This document shows positions 9,293 through 19,200 of a stretch of DNA of 64,000 nt, piece by piece. A program made the position numbers and the translations under genes. The number at the start of each line of letters is the position of its first letter. The first letter of the stretch is position 1. The notes under the pieces are model-generated. The model was not told where the DNA came from. It was given only the letters and a program-made list of their open reading frames with translations, and did not search any database. Location: NCBI GenBank assembly GCA_001769505.1, contig MEOF01000046.1, positions 2,197 through 66,196 on the forward strand. Direction: 5' to 3'. Source of the stretch: Bacteroidetes bacterium GWF2_33_38 (GTDB lineage: Bacteria > Bacteroidota > Bacteroidia > Bacteroidales > GWF2-33-38).

Positions 9293-9961
9293 CTAGTTTC
9301 TATTCCCAAAAATATCGGTACCAATTCTAATCATTGTACTTCCGCACTCAATAGCTATTTGATAATCGCCCGACATTCCCATCGATAATTCGGTAAAATA
9401 GTTCTTGTCGTTAAAATAAGTAGTTTTTATTTTTTCAAAGACTTTTGCCAAATACGAAAATTCGTTTTTAATTTGATTTCCATTTTCGGTAAATGTTGCC
9501 ATTCCCATTAAACCAATTATTCTAATATTTGTTAAGTTTTTGAATGGTTCACTTTTTAAAATATCTTCAATTTCTTGTTCCGAAAGTCCAAATTTAGTTT
9601 CTTCGTTGGCAATATAAAGTTGTAGTAAACAATCAATTGTGCGATTTGATTTTATTGCTTCATTGTTAATTTCTTTCAATAATTTCAAACTATCAACCGA
9701 ATGAATTAACGAAATAAATGGAGCAATATATTTTACTTTATTTGTTTGTAAATGACCAATATAGTGCCATTGAATGTCTTTGGGGAGTTCTTCGTGTTTT
9801 TGAATTAATTCTTGTACTTTATTTTCTCCAAAAACTTTTTGTCCAACTTCATAGGCTTGCAGAATCTTATCAGTTGATTGAGTTTTTGAAACAGCAACCA
9901 ATTTTACCGAACTAGGAATGTTTTCGATATATTTTTTGATATTATTAGCTATTGAGTTCAT
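9293..9961 (-). CDS. yggS: YggS-family pyridoxal-phosphate homeostasis protein
   Basis: Motifs LVAVSKTQS, HYIGHLQTNKVKYI and SMGMSGDYQIAIECGSTMIRIGTDIFG; 222 aa. Confidence 0.9.
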   Translation of the reverse strand: MNSIANNIKKYIENIPSSVKLVAVSKTQSTDKILQAYEVGQKVFGENKVQELIQKHEELPKDIQWHYIGHLQTNKVKYIAPFISLIHSVDSLKLLKEINNEAIKSNRTIDCLLQLYIANEETKFGLSEQEIEDILKSEPFKNLTNIRIIGLMGMATFTENGNQIKNEFSYLAKVFEKIKTTYFNDKNYFTELSMGMSGDYQIAIECGSTMIRIGTDIFGNRN

Positions 9962-10048
9962 AGTTTGTAAAGTTTGTAGAGTGAAAAGTTCATAAAGTTG
10001 AATACAAATTTTAATTTTTGTTTAAAGTTTCTCTTTTAAAGAACAAAA

Positions 10049-10068
10049 CTCGGACAAGAATGTCCGAG
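10049..10068 (-). terminator. Terminator candidate downstream of the DUF1015 gene
   Basis: 8-bp GC-containing stem ctcggaca/tgtccgag with loop agaa. The preceding + strand run aaagaacaaaa gives a T-rich tract after the hairpin on the - strand. Confidence 0.5.
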
Positions 10069-10113
10069 CTACATTGTTGAATTTTAATATTTAAATCATC
10101 TAATCTTAAAATC

Positions 10114-10159
10114 TTTTTTACTTTATAAACTTTAAAACTTTATGAACTTTCAACTTTTA
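10114..10159. repeat. AACTTTA-type repeat element abutting the DUF1015 stop codon; near-copy of 11580-11622
   Basis: The sequence is ttttttactttataaactttaaaactttatgaactttcaactttta. Its first 22 nt are identical to 11580-11601. Positions 10136-10150 are the exact reverse complement of 9985-9999. Confidence 0.75.
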
Positions 10160-11407
10160 ATCCAATTTGTGAATTACCAAACCGCTTCTTAATTTTGGTT
10201 CGAACCAAGTTGTTTTAGGAGGCATAATGTTTCCTGAGTCTGCAATGTCAAGCAATTGTTTCATCGAAACGGCATAAAGTGCAAATGCAACTTTCATATC
10301 GCCATTGTCAACTCTACGTTTTAATTCGCCTAAACCACGAATTCCGCCAACAAATTCAACTCTTGTTGTAGTTCTCAAATCTTTTACACCAAGAATTTGA
10401 TCTAAAACTAAATTTGAAAGTACAGTTACATCTAAAACTCCAATTGGGTCGTTATCGTTGTAAGTTCCTTGTTTTGCATTCAATTTATACCAATTTCCTT
10501 CTAAATACATCGAAAATTCGTGCAATTTAGATGGTGAATAAATTTCGCTTCCCATATTTGAAACTTCAAATTTTCCTGATATTTTTTTCAAAAAGTCAGA
10601 AGTCGAAAGTCCGTTTAAATCTTTTACAACTCGGTTATAATCAATAATTTTCAATTGATTATCAGGAAAATGAACAGCCATAAAAAAGTTATATTCTTCG
10701 TTTCCTGTATGATTTGGATTTTGTGCTTCTTTTTCTTTTCCAATACGAGCTGCAGCAGCAGTTCTGTGGTGTCCATCGGCAACATAAGTTGCAGGAACTT
10801 TGGTTGCAAAAAGTTCTTCTAAACGTTTGTTCGTTTCTGCATTATTTACTGGCCAAAAATGATGTCCAAAACCATCTTCTGCAACAAAATCGTACGTTGC
10901 TTTTTCATTTTTAACGATGTTTGAAACTATTGCATCTATTTCAGGAACAGCACGGTAGCTGAAAAATACTGGTTCAATATTCGCATTTGTGTAGCGAGTT
11001 ATAATCATTCTATCGTCTTCTTTATCAGGACGAGTTAATTCGTGTTTTTTGATAATTCCATTTTCATAATCAGCACAAGCTGCGTTTCCAACAATTCCGT
11101 ATTGTGTGCGTCCGTCCATTGTTTGAGCATAAATGTAGAATTTTTCAACTTCATCTTGAACCAACCAACCTTTTGATTGAAATTTTTTGAAATTTTCAAC
11201 CGATTTTTCATAAACTTCAGTTGAATGAACATCAGTTCCTGCTGGTAATTCAATTTCTGCTTTTGTAACTCGAAGCAAAGAACATTCTTTTCCTTTTGCC
11301 ATTTCAGCTGCTTCTTCGCTATTCATAACATCGTAAGGTAAACAAGCTAAATCTTGAGCTACTTCTTTTGTTGGTCTTAATCCTTTGAATGGTTTTATTG
11401 TTGCCAT
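10157..11407 (-). CDS. DUF1015 family protein
   Basis: The N-terminus MATIKPFKGLRPTKE...LPYDVM and the 416-aa length are typical of DUF1015. It sits next to serA, as in other Bacteroidota (from memory). Confidence 0.8.
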   Translation of the reverse strand: MATIKPFKGLRPTKEVAQDLACLPYDVMNSEEAAEMAKGKECSLLRVTKAEIELPAGTDVHSTEVYEKSVENFKKFQSKGWLVQDEVEKFYIYAQTMDGRTQYGIVGNAACADYENGIIKKHELTRPDKEDDRMIITRYTNANIEPVFFSYRAVPEIDAIVSNIVKNEKATYDFVAEDGFGHHFWPVNNAETNKRLEELFATKVPATYVADGHHRTAAAARIGKEKEAQNPNHTGNEEYNFFMAVHFPDNQLKIIDYNRVVKDLNGLSTSDFLKKISGKFEVSNMGSEIYSPSKLHEFSMYLEGNWYKLNAKQGTYNDNDPIGVLDVTVLSNLVLDQILGVKDLRTTTRVEFVGGIRGLGELKRRVDNGDMKVAFALYAVSMKQLLDIADSGNIMPPKTTWFEPKLRSGLVIHKLD

Positions 11408-11446
11408 ATACTAATGTGTTAATTTTTTAATGTGCTAATATGCTAA

Positions 11447-11472
11447 TTAGTTATGAGTTACAAGTAATGAGT
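11447..11472. repeat. GAGTTAC/AATGAGT-type repeat; 26 nt identical to 24152-24177
   Basis: The string ttagttatgagttacaagtaatgagt occurs exactly at both sites. Both lie in intergenic spacers. Confidence 0.85.
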
Positions 11473-11579
11473 TACGAGCGAAAAAACTCATTATTCTTTT
11501 TAATTCATAAATTGTAATTTTACAGTCATTATTTTTAATTCTTCAATCGTAATTCTAAAATTGTAAATCGTAATATTAA

Positions 11580-11622
11580 TTTTTTACTTTATAAACTTTA
11601 AGAACTTTACAAACTTTCAACT
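11580..11622. repeat. AACTTTA-type repeat element abutting the serA stop codon; near-copy of 10114-10159
   Basis: The sequence is ttttttactttataaactttaagaactttacaaactttcaact. It shares an exact 22-nt prefix with the other copy, then has one indel and a few substitutions. Confidence 0.75.
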
Positions 11623-12541
11623 ATTTGTTTACTTGATAAGTTTTGTCTCCTTTTTCCAAGAAATTTACAATTTGATTTGCTGCTGCTAAACCTGCGTTGA
11701 TGTTTGCTTCTGATGTTTCGGCTCCTTGTTTTTTAGGAGTAGAGTAGTAGCGTTCAGCAAATTTCAATAAATCAGCGTGATTTTCAGGTGCAATGTCCGA
11801 AATGTATTTAAAATCTGGTCTTTCTTCTAAAATTTTAGCTAAACCTGTTTCATCAATAACTTCTTTTCGAGCGGTGTTTACCAAAGTTGCTCCTTTTGGC
11901 ATTTTTGATAATAATTCGAAATTTATTGATTTTTTAGTTTCTGCGGTTGCAGGAATATGCAACGAAATATATTGACATTTTGAATACAAATCTTCAACTG
12001 AATTTTCAACTTTTACTCCGTCTTTTTCCATTGCTTCTTTTGATGCGAATGGGTCGAAAGCGTGAATTTCCATTTCAAAACCTTTAGCAATTTTTGCAAC
12101 TAAACGTCCAACTGCTCCGTAAGCGTGAATACCAAGAGTTTTTCCTTTAAGTTCAGTTCCCGAAATTCCTTTAAATTGACCACGAGCCATAAAAACCATC
12201 ATTCCTAAAGCTAATTCAGCAACTGCATTTGAATTTTGTCCTGGTGTGTTCATTGCAACTACGCCTTTTTCGGTTGCTGCAGCTAAATCTATATTATCGT
12301 AACCTGCTCCGGCACGAACAATAATCTTTAAGTTTTTTCCTGCTTCAATCACTTCGCGTGATGCTTTGTCGCTACGAATAATTAATGCGTCAACATCGGC
12401 AACTGCTTTTAAAAAATCTGCTTTGTCAGTATATTTTTCAAGCATAACTACTTCGTAATTAGCTTTTTGAAACACTGCTTTAATTCCATCAACTGCTGTT
12501 TTTGCAAATGGTTTTTCGGTTGCGATTAATACTTTTTTCAT
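11621..12541 (-). CDS. serA: D-3-phosphoglycerate dehydrogenase / D-isomer 2-hydroxyacid dehydrogenase
   Basis: 306 aa with the NAD-binding stretch GIHAYGAVGRLVA, in the short SerA format next to DUF1015. Confidence 0.8.
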   Translation of the reverse strand: MKKVLIATEKPFAKTAVDGIKAVFQKANYEVVMLEKYTDKADFLKAVADVDALIIRSDKASREVIEAGKNLKIIVRAGAGYDNIDLAAATEKGVVAMNTPGQNSNAVAELALGMMVFMARGQFKGISGTELKGKTLGIHAYGAVGRLVAKIAKGFEMEIHAFDPFASKEAMEKDGVKVENSVEDLYSKCQYISLHIPATAETKKSINFELLSKMPKGATLVNTARKEVIDETGLAKILEERPDFKYISDIAPENHADLLKFAERYYSTPKKQGAETSEANINAGLAAANQIVNFLEKGDKTYQVNK

Positions 12542-12652
12542 ATTATAAAGTTTATTTTTTATCGAATAATTACAAATTTAACTAATTGGAATTAATTAAA
12601 ACCTGACATTAAACATATAATTGCGATTTTTATTTTTTAGTAGTAATTTGAA

Positions 12653-13048
12653 CTATTCTTTGTAATCAATATTTACTTGGTCGCAAGTTGGGAGTTCCAT
12701 TTCTCTGTCGCCAGCTTTTCTTACCCAGTATAAATATTTTCCTGTTCCTTTACATGCAAAAGCGGTAATGGTATCTTTGGGTGCTATATTTTCGGTGTAA
12801 AGGCATCGCCACGATTTGTTGCTTTCTTGCACAGCGACAAAAACATCTACATTTTCTTCGCAAATATTTCTGAACGAAACATGAAATATATCGTTGTTAT
12901 AAGTACAATCTGGGCAAGGTTCTCCCCAATTTGCATTATATTTTTCGACACATTCGTTCCAGTTTTTTTCATCACCACTTTCTGTTTTTATTGTAAAACT
13001 TAGTACAATCACAGAAATTACAACTAGAGAGAATATTTTTATTTTCAT
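12653..13048 (-). CDS. Small Cys-rich secreted protein, unknown function
   Basis: 131-aa ORF with an N-terminal hydrophobic signal and 8 Cys in the mature part. Confidence 0.6.
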   Translation of the reverse strand: MKIKIFSLVVISVIVLSFTIKTESGDEKNWNECVEKYNANWGEPCPDCTYNNDIFHVSFRNICEENVDVFVAVQESNKSWRCLYTENIAPKDTITAFACKGTGKYLYWVRKAGDREMELPTCDQVNIDYKE

Positions 13049-13060
13049 ATCTTTTTATTA

Positions 13061-13567
13061 TTATTTACACTGATTATTTTTGAGTATAATTTTAGCCTCA
13101 TCATTTCCTAATTTTTTTGATTGTTTCCAATCTTCACAAGCTCCGCTTTTATTTCCCGAAAACTTCTTTGCCCAACCTCTGTTGTTGTATGCTTCTTGAT
13201 TGTTGGGATCTAATTGTAACACTTTGTTGAAATCGTTTATCGCTAAGTCGTATTTTTTTGTTTTGTTATATGCACTTCCTCTACTTATGAAAGCCCACGA
13301 ATGTTCTGGTTTCATTTCAATAACTTTCGAAAAATCTTGAATAGCTTTTTCATATTCTTCAATTCTTGAGTAAGTGAACCCTCTTTTCAAATACGAATTT
13401 AAGTGTTCCACATCAATTGCAATTGCCTTTGTGTATGCCTCGATTGATTCGGTGAATTTTTCTTCAGCATATAGCGATTCTCCTTGTTGGAAAAAAGATT
13501 CTGCGTCTTGTGCATAAAAAGTCAACGACGACAAAAATAAAACGGAAAGAATAAAAATTGTTTTCAT
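13061..13567 (-). CDS. Secreted tetratricopeptide-repeat protein
   Basis: Signal peptide followed by TPR-like 34-aa repeats (AIxDFxKVIEMxP, AYNNRG). Confidence 0.75.
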   Translation of the reverse strand: MKTIFILSVLFLSSLTFYAQDAESFFQQGESLYAEEKFTESIEAYTKAIAIDVEHLNSYLKRGFTYSRIEEYEKAIQDFSKVIEMKPEHSWAFISRGSAYNKTKKYDLAINDFNKVLQLDPNNQEAYNNRGWAKKFSGNKSGACEDWKQSKKLGNDEAKIILKNNQCK

Positions 13568-13585
13568 ATTTAAAATATATTAAAA

Positions 13586-14038
13586 TTATTCAAAAAATTC
13601 GTAAAGTTTATAATCTGGTTCAAGACTCAATTTTATCATATGTTTAAAGGCTTTTTCAATTCCCTGAATCGATTTTTCATCAAGACCTTCGGTTGGAATG
13701 TTTAATCTAGAATAATACCTTTTTATATCATTTTTGTAAATCCAACGGGCGAAACATTCTTCTTCATCCGCCACACACGACAATTTAACCACATTATCTT
13801 CAGGAATAAAAATAACCAACGATGGGTCAAGTGATTGTAAATGGAATTTATCCTCTCTGTAAACTTGATTCTCTTGCAAAAACTCAATTGTTGCAAGAGA
13901 TTTAAGGCTTATTTTACATTTTCCTTGTAATTTTTTGTTTAAGTAGTCAATTGTTTTTTCCATTGTAACTTCTTGACTAAAGCAAGTTGAAAATAAAAAA
14001 AAGCTTAAAAAGCTAATGCAAAATACTGTTTTGGACAT
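13586..14038 (-). CDS. Secreted hypothetical protein
   Basis: 150-aa ORF with a signal-peptide-like N-terminus, in the same orientation as and tightly spaced with the two genes downstream. Confidence 0.6.
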   Translation of the reverse strand: MSKTVFCISFLSFFLFSTCFSQEVTMEKTIDYLNKKLQGKCKISLKSLATIEFLQENQVYREDKFHLQSLDPSLVIFIPEDNVVKLSCVADEEECFARWIYKNDIKRYYSRLNIPTEGLDEKSIQGIEKAFKHMIKLSLEPDYKLYEFFE

Positions 14039-14119
14039 ATATTTGTTATTTTTTAAATTATTTATAAATTCAAACTTTTTAAATCTAAAAATACAAAAAA
14101 AGATTAAATTTTGTATAAA

Positions 14120-15964
14120 ATGCTAGTAAATATAAATAAATATAAAAATTGTGCCAAATTAGCACGTTATATTTTTATTGTATTTATCATACTTCTGATT
14201 TTTAATGAAAATTCTTTTTCTCAAAAATTTGAAATTTACGGGAAATTTAATATCGAAAAAGGAAATCTACAAGAAGCAAAAATAACCTTAGAAAAAAATG
14301 GGCAAAAAGTCAAAACCATCTCTGCCGACGGTGCTCGATTCGATTTTGAACTTGATTATCAAAGCAAATATATTTTAGTATTTTCAAAGCCAGGCTATGT
14401 TACCAAAAAAATTAGTTTCGACACAAAGGTTCCATCAGACCTTGTTGGAGCAGAGTTCGAACCATTTGGCTTTGAAGTAAATCTTTTTAAACAATACGAA
14501 GGCGTAAATACAATTATTTTTAATCAGCCTGTCGGAAAAATAGGTTATAATGCAGATATTGATGATTTCGATTGGGACACCGATTATACCAAATCGATTC
14601 AATCAGAATTGGCAAAAATAGAGCAAATCATTGAGCAGAAAATGGAAGAAGAAGAAAAAGCTCAGGAAGTTGCGGTAAAACAAGCAGAAAATCAAGCTAA
14701 AGCCGATGCTGCTGCTAAAGCATCAGCTGAGGTAAAAGCTAAAGCCGAAGAAGAAGCAAAACAAAAAGCCGCAGAAGAAGCACGGAAAAAAGCTGAAACT
14801 GATGCAAAGGCGAAAGCAGTTGCAGCAGAAGAAGCAAGAATAAAAGCAGAGGCTGATGCTAAAGCTAAAGCGAAAGCAGAAGAAGAACGATTGAAAGCAG
14901 AAGAAGGCGTAAAAGCAAAAGCGGCGGAAGAAGCTCGTAAAAAAGCAGAAGAGGAAGCGAAAGCAAAAGCCATAGCAGCAGAAGAAGTTCGTAAAAAAGC
15001 AGAAGAGGAAGCGAAAGCAAAAGCCAAGATTGAAGCTGAAAAACTAAAAGCTGAATCGGAAGCAAAAGCAAAGGCGGCAGAAGAAGCTAAATTAAAATCA
15101 GATGCCGATGCAAAGGCTAAAGCTGAGGAAGAAGCTCGTCGAAAAGCAGATTCAGAAGCAAAAGCGCTGGCAGAAGTCGAAGCCAAGAAAAAAGCGGTCG
15201 CTGAAGCCGAAGCTCTTGCCGAAGCTCGAAGGAAAGCCACAGCTGCGGAAGAGGCAGCAAAAAAAGCAAAACTAAAATCAGATACAGATGCTATAAAACG
15301 AGCGGAAGAAGAACAACGTAAAGCCGAAGACGAACGAGTAAAGGCCGAAGCCAAAGCCAAAGCGGCGGAAGAAGAACGAAAACTGGCCGAAGCTCAAGCA
15401 GATGCTGCAGAAGCTGAACGTCAAAAAGCGGCAATGAGTTCTAAATTGGCTGAAATGGAACGTCAGAAAGCGAATGCTGCCGCCGAAGAAGAAAATAAAG
15501 CAAAAGCACAAGCCGCTGCCGTTGCCGAAGCAAAAAATAAAGCACAAATGCTTGCATTGGACGAAGAACGAAAACAAGCCGAATTAAAAGCTGCTTCCGA
15601 TGAAGCTCGTCGAAAAGCAATTCAAGCTAAGCAAGATGAAGATGAACGGAAAAGAGCTGCCCAGGCCAGTGCATTAGCCGAAACTAGAAGAAAACAAGCC
15701 GAGGCTATGGCTGTTTTGGAAACAAGACGAAAAGAAGAGGAATCAAATGAAGAGTTGGGAATGAAATTATTGGCTGAAAAATATCCGAGTTCTAAAACGG
15801 TTGAGATTATTGAAGACCCGTACAAAAAAACTACTCGCATTATTCTGAATAGAGATGGGAAAGTAATTTTTTATAGAGAAATAAAGCACAATTGGGGCGG
15901 AATTTATTTTTTTAAAGATACGCAAAGTATTAGTAAACAACAGTTTTATATTGATACAGAATAA
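14120..15964 (+). CDS. TolA-like low-complexity coiled-coil protein with an N-terminal carboxypeptidase-regulatory-like domain
   Basis: The track ORF starts at TTG 14111; the first ATG is at 14120. About 370 aa consist of (A/E/K)-rich repeats (AEEARKKAEEEAKAKA), flanked by globular N- and C-terminal domains. Confidence 0.8.
   Translation: MLVNINKYKNCAKLARYIFIVFIILLIFNENSFSQKFEIYGKFNIEKGNLQEAKITLEKNGQKVKTISADGARFDFELDYQSKYILVFSKPGYVTKKISFDTKVPSDLVGAEFEPFGFEVNLFKQYEGVNTIIFNQPVGKIGYNADIDDFDWDTDYTKSIQSELAKIEQIIEQKMEEEEKAQEVAVKQAENQAKADAAAKASAEVKAKAEEEAKQKAAEEARKKAETDAKAKAVAAEEARIKAEADAKAKAKAEEERLKAEEGVKAKAAEEARKKAEEEAKAKAIAAEEVRKKAEEEAKAKAKIEAEKLKAESEAKAKAAEEAKLKSDADAKAKAEEEARRKADSEAKALAEVEAKKKAVAEAEALAEARRKATAAEEAAKKAKLKSDTDAIKRAEEEQRKAEDERVKAEAKAKAAEEERKLAEAQADAAEAERQKAAMSSKLAEMERQKANAAAEEENKAKAQAAAVAEAKNKAQMLALDEERKQAELKAASDEARRKAIQAKQDEDERKRAAQASALAETRRKQAEAMAVLETRRKEEESNEELGMKLLAEKYPSSKTVEIIEDPYKKTTRIILNRDGKVIFYREIKHNWGGIYFFKDTQSISKQQFYIDTE
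14936..15025 (+). repeat. Exact 36-bp direct repeat (14936-14971 and 14990-15025, 54-bp period) inside the A/E/K-rich coding array
   Basis: The string cgtaaaaaagcagaagaggaagcgaaagcaaaagcc occurs twice. The surrounding array (about 14640-15760) is degenerate repeats of the same type. Confidence 0.9.
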
Positions 15965-16019
15965 TTTTTACAAACGCATAATTAAATAAAAATCAAATTA
16001 ATCAAAAATACAAATCGCA

Positions 16020-16289
16020 ATGAAACTATACTTTATAATCCCAATAACAATTTTTGTGTTGACCACAATTGTTTTTTTAGCCATTCGATATAAAACTCTG
16101 ACAATCAATGGTAAATTTATTCGTATTATGAAAATCGTCGGACTTTGTTGTGCTGTACTTTCAATTATAGCTCTTTTGGTTTCCTATTATATTTCTCCAT
16201 CAAAAGATATAACTCAACTATTTAAAATCTCAATTCCGATGTTAATTCTCTTGATGATTTTTTTGATGATGAGAAAAAATCGAGAGTAA
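16020..16289 (+). CDS. Small integral membrane protein
   Basis: 89-aa ORF with three hydrophobic segments and no recognised family. Confidence 0.5.
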   Translation: MKLYFIIPITIFVLTTIVFLAIRYKTLTINGKFIRIMKIVGLCCAVLSIIALLVSYYISPSKDITQLFKISIPMLILLMIFLMMRKNRE

Positions 16290-16293
16290 ATAT

Positions 16294-19200
16294 TTATTTT
16301 ACCAATACTTTTGCTGAAAATACCTTTTCGCCATCGTTAACTTGCACCAAATAAATTCCTTTTGTTCGTAATTGTATGTTTTTAAGTTTGCTGTAAAGTT
16401 TGCCTGATGTAATTAATTTACCATCTATAGAATAAATTTTGTAAGTTGAGTGTGATGATTTTAGAGTGTCCAATGCAATGGTAAAATTACCATTATTTGG
16501 ATTTGGATATATTACCAACGTATTTTTATCAGGATTCTTATTTTCTGATAATTCTTCAAACGAAAGATTTAAGTCTTGGGTATTAAACGAATACATTGGG
16601 AAATTTTTATTCGGAGCAAGACTATCAGGGTAATAAGCTTGCGACCCCATTTTTTTACGATACGGACTAACAGCTCTCAGTTTGATTTTAACATCTGAAC
16701 TTAAAAAATCATAATTGGTATCAATTAATGGAATTGCAGTCCACATGGCATTCATAAAAACATAAGTGGCACTATCGTTTGTAAACATTCTCCTTGCCCA
16801 TTCTCCCTCGTCGTAAGCAGGCATATCGGTAATTATATTGTTTGATTTTGAACGTGTATTATGTCCTAAAACGTAAATAAAATGTTTTCCGCCCATGAGT
16901 ACTTCTCCTGCTAAACCATCTGAAGAATTATACAAATCAGTGGTAATTCGCTCGGTAGGATTCCATCTCATGTCTCTACCATTTTCGCCAAGTAATTTCG
17001 ATGACTCACCAAATATCATATTCAATCGTTCGCCGGTTTCTACATCAATGGCATAACCCGGAAACCAACTCATTCCGGTAGTCCCGGAATTATCGGGTAA
17101 ACCATCTTTTCCAACCGAATTTGCATTTCGTAAGTTAAATTTTAATGCATTTCCCTCTGAATATGAATTCTCGTCTGGATCAAGCTCAACACAAGTCAGA
17201 CCAATACTTTGCACTTCCATGACCGTGTCGTTATCGGTAGTTTCAACTACAGGGCAACGAGTCCACTTGCTTTGGTCAGATGTAATAACAATATCCACAT
17301 TCGATATTTTTTTTTCTCGCGAAAGGATTTGATTTATATTAACCGAATTTGTAATGCCATGCAAATATGTATTCCCAAGTCGGTATGGAGCCCATGTACC
17401 GCTTAAAATATTTTCATAAATTTCATTTTTGTCTATTGGTGTTATTCCGTCAGGTACTGGATAATATGGGGCATAAACATTTCTATCGTTGTGGAGTCTG
17501 GCACAATTGTCGCTAAAACCAACATTACCATCATAATTCTCAACTCCTGCTTTAATCCAATCTTGAAAATCGTGATATTCGCCATCGGGTAAAAATTTTA
17601 ACCATGGCTCGTTTGGATTTTCAAATTCTATGGAAGCTGAAATAAATCCGTTATTCTGCGGTTCATACATCGAAGCCTTAGGCTGCTTAGGCCAAGATTG
17701 CGGTGCTAACGCATAAGGAGTTTGATTAAAATCAATAGCTATTCCTAATTCGGGAATAACTTGCAATTTATTTTCCGAAATCCAATTTGACGAAATCAGG
17801 GTATCGAATTCATTCACAGCGTTGTTGATATCAATTATCATCCACTTTGAATCAAAAATATATCCAAAAACATCGTAATTTAAACTATCTTGAATCCAAT
17901 ACGAATTATAATAAAAGTAATCTTGCTCTAATCGAACAGAATCAGGAATAAGTTTCAGTATAAATTCCGATTCGATATAATTTAACGGGTCGATAATTTT
18001 AATGTTCACCGGTCCTCTGCCCGGAATATATTTTAAGGTATCGGCACGCCAAGTTGGACTCGACATAATTTTATCGATACTTTCTTGAGTTAAATCAAGA
18101 AAATTGTACCCACAGCCAAAACCATCGTATTGTGTTATAGCAGGTTCTTTATGATAAAGCAGATTGTTGGAAACCCCAACAGGAACTGGACTTATTTCAT
18201 AAACCTTGGTGTTGAACATACTTTGCAAAAACGAATGTCGTTGACCGTCGTATGTTGTAGAGTCGGATAAATCGAAAGTTTTGAAATTGTTATAAGCATA
18301 TGCAATTGCCATGTAATAATACGTTTGATGATTTTCGAGCGGTGCATTATTATCAGAAAATGCGTTAGTATTAAGTGTGAAATTCTTCACTATTCCTTCG
18401 TTTTTATCAATGGCTCGCATATTAGGAATGTACGAAAAAGTTGAATCATACAATTTTTCATAGTTAATAATTTCATGAATATCATCGTGGATATCGGTTT
18501 GATAAACCAAACGAGCTTTCGATATATCGTTAATTTCTTCGATTGTAACATTTTTATTTACAAGTTGATATACTTGATAACCTTGAAATTTATATGTTTT
18601 GTCGCAACCTTCGCAATTAATTAGATTATCGGTTTGGTTGTACGATTCCATATAATTGTTTGATGCGTTGCGATTCCAAATTGTGAAGGATATGCTTTGG
18701 TCGTTTGCTTCAAGGTTTAATTCAGGAGCATCGGGAAATTCTAAAACACGAAAACAGTTATCGAAAAGAGCTTGTATTTTATCATCGGCATTTTTCAATT
18801 CAGGAACCGAATGCCACGATTCTGAGAATTGGGTTTCTCTTGCCCATATTACTGCGACAGTAGTATTGTTTATTTCGCCGGGTTCAATGGTAATAGGACC
18901 GGAAGATTGAATAAATCTTCTGTCATTAGCTTGATTATCTTCAACATATTCGTCCCAAGCCGACATTACGGTTCCATTTTGACCATATCCACATGGATCG
19001 GAGTTGCTTGGAAACATAAAACTGGTAACAATATCTCCATCCCATTGTGTATTGTATCCATTTCCTCCATATAAGAGTTCTTCACCGGTTATCCAATTCC
19101 CTTTAAGTATGTTATAATGCTGAATATCATTATGAGGACTTGATGTTCCAAATGGGCCACAACCTCCGCAACTAAAATAAATAAAGCTTGTCATTCCCAA

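Noticed and set aside
14692-15840. Long antisense or alternative-frame ORFs (222 aa, 68 aa, 99 aa, 72 aa) across the A/E/K repeat array
   Set aside because: They are shadow ORFs created by the low-complexity GAA/GCA/AAA-rich coding repeat. Their translations are pure Ala/Ser/Phe/Leu low complexity with no start context. The + strand TolA-like frame explains the region.
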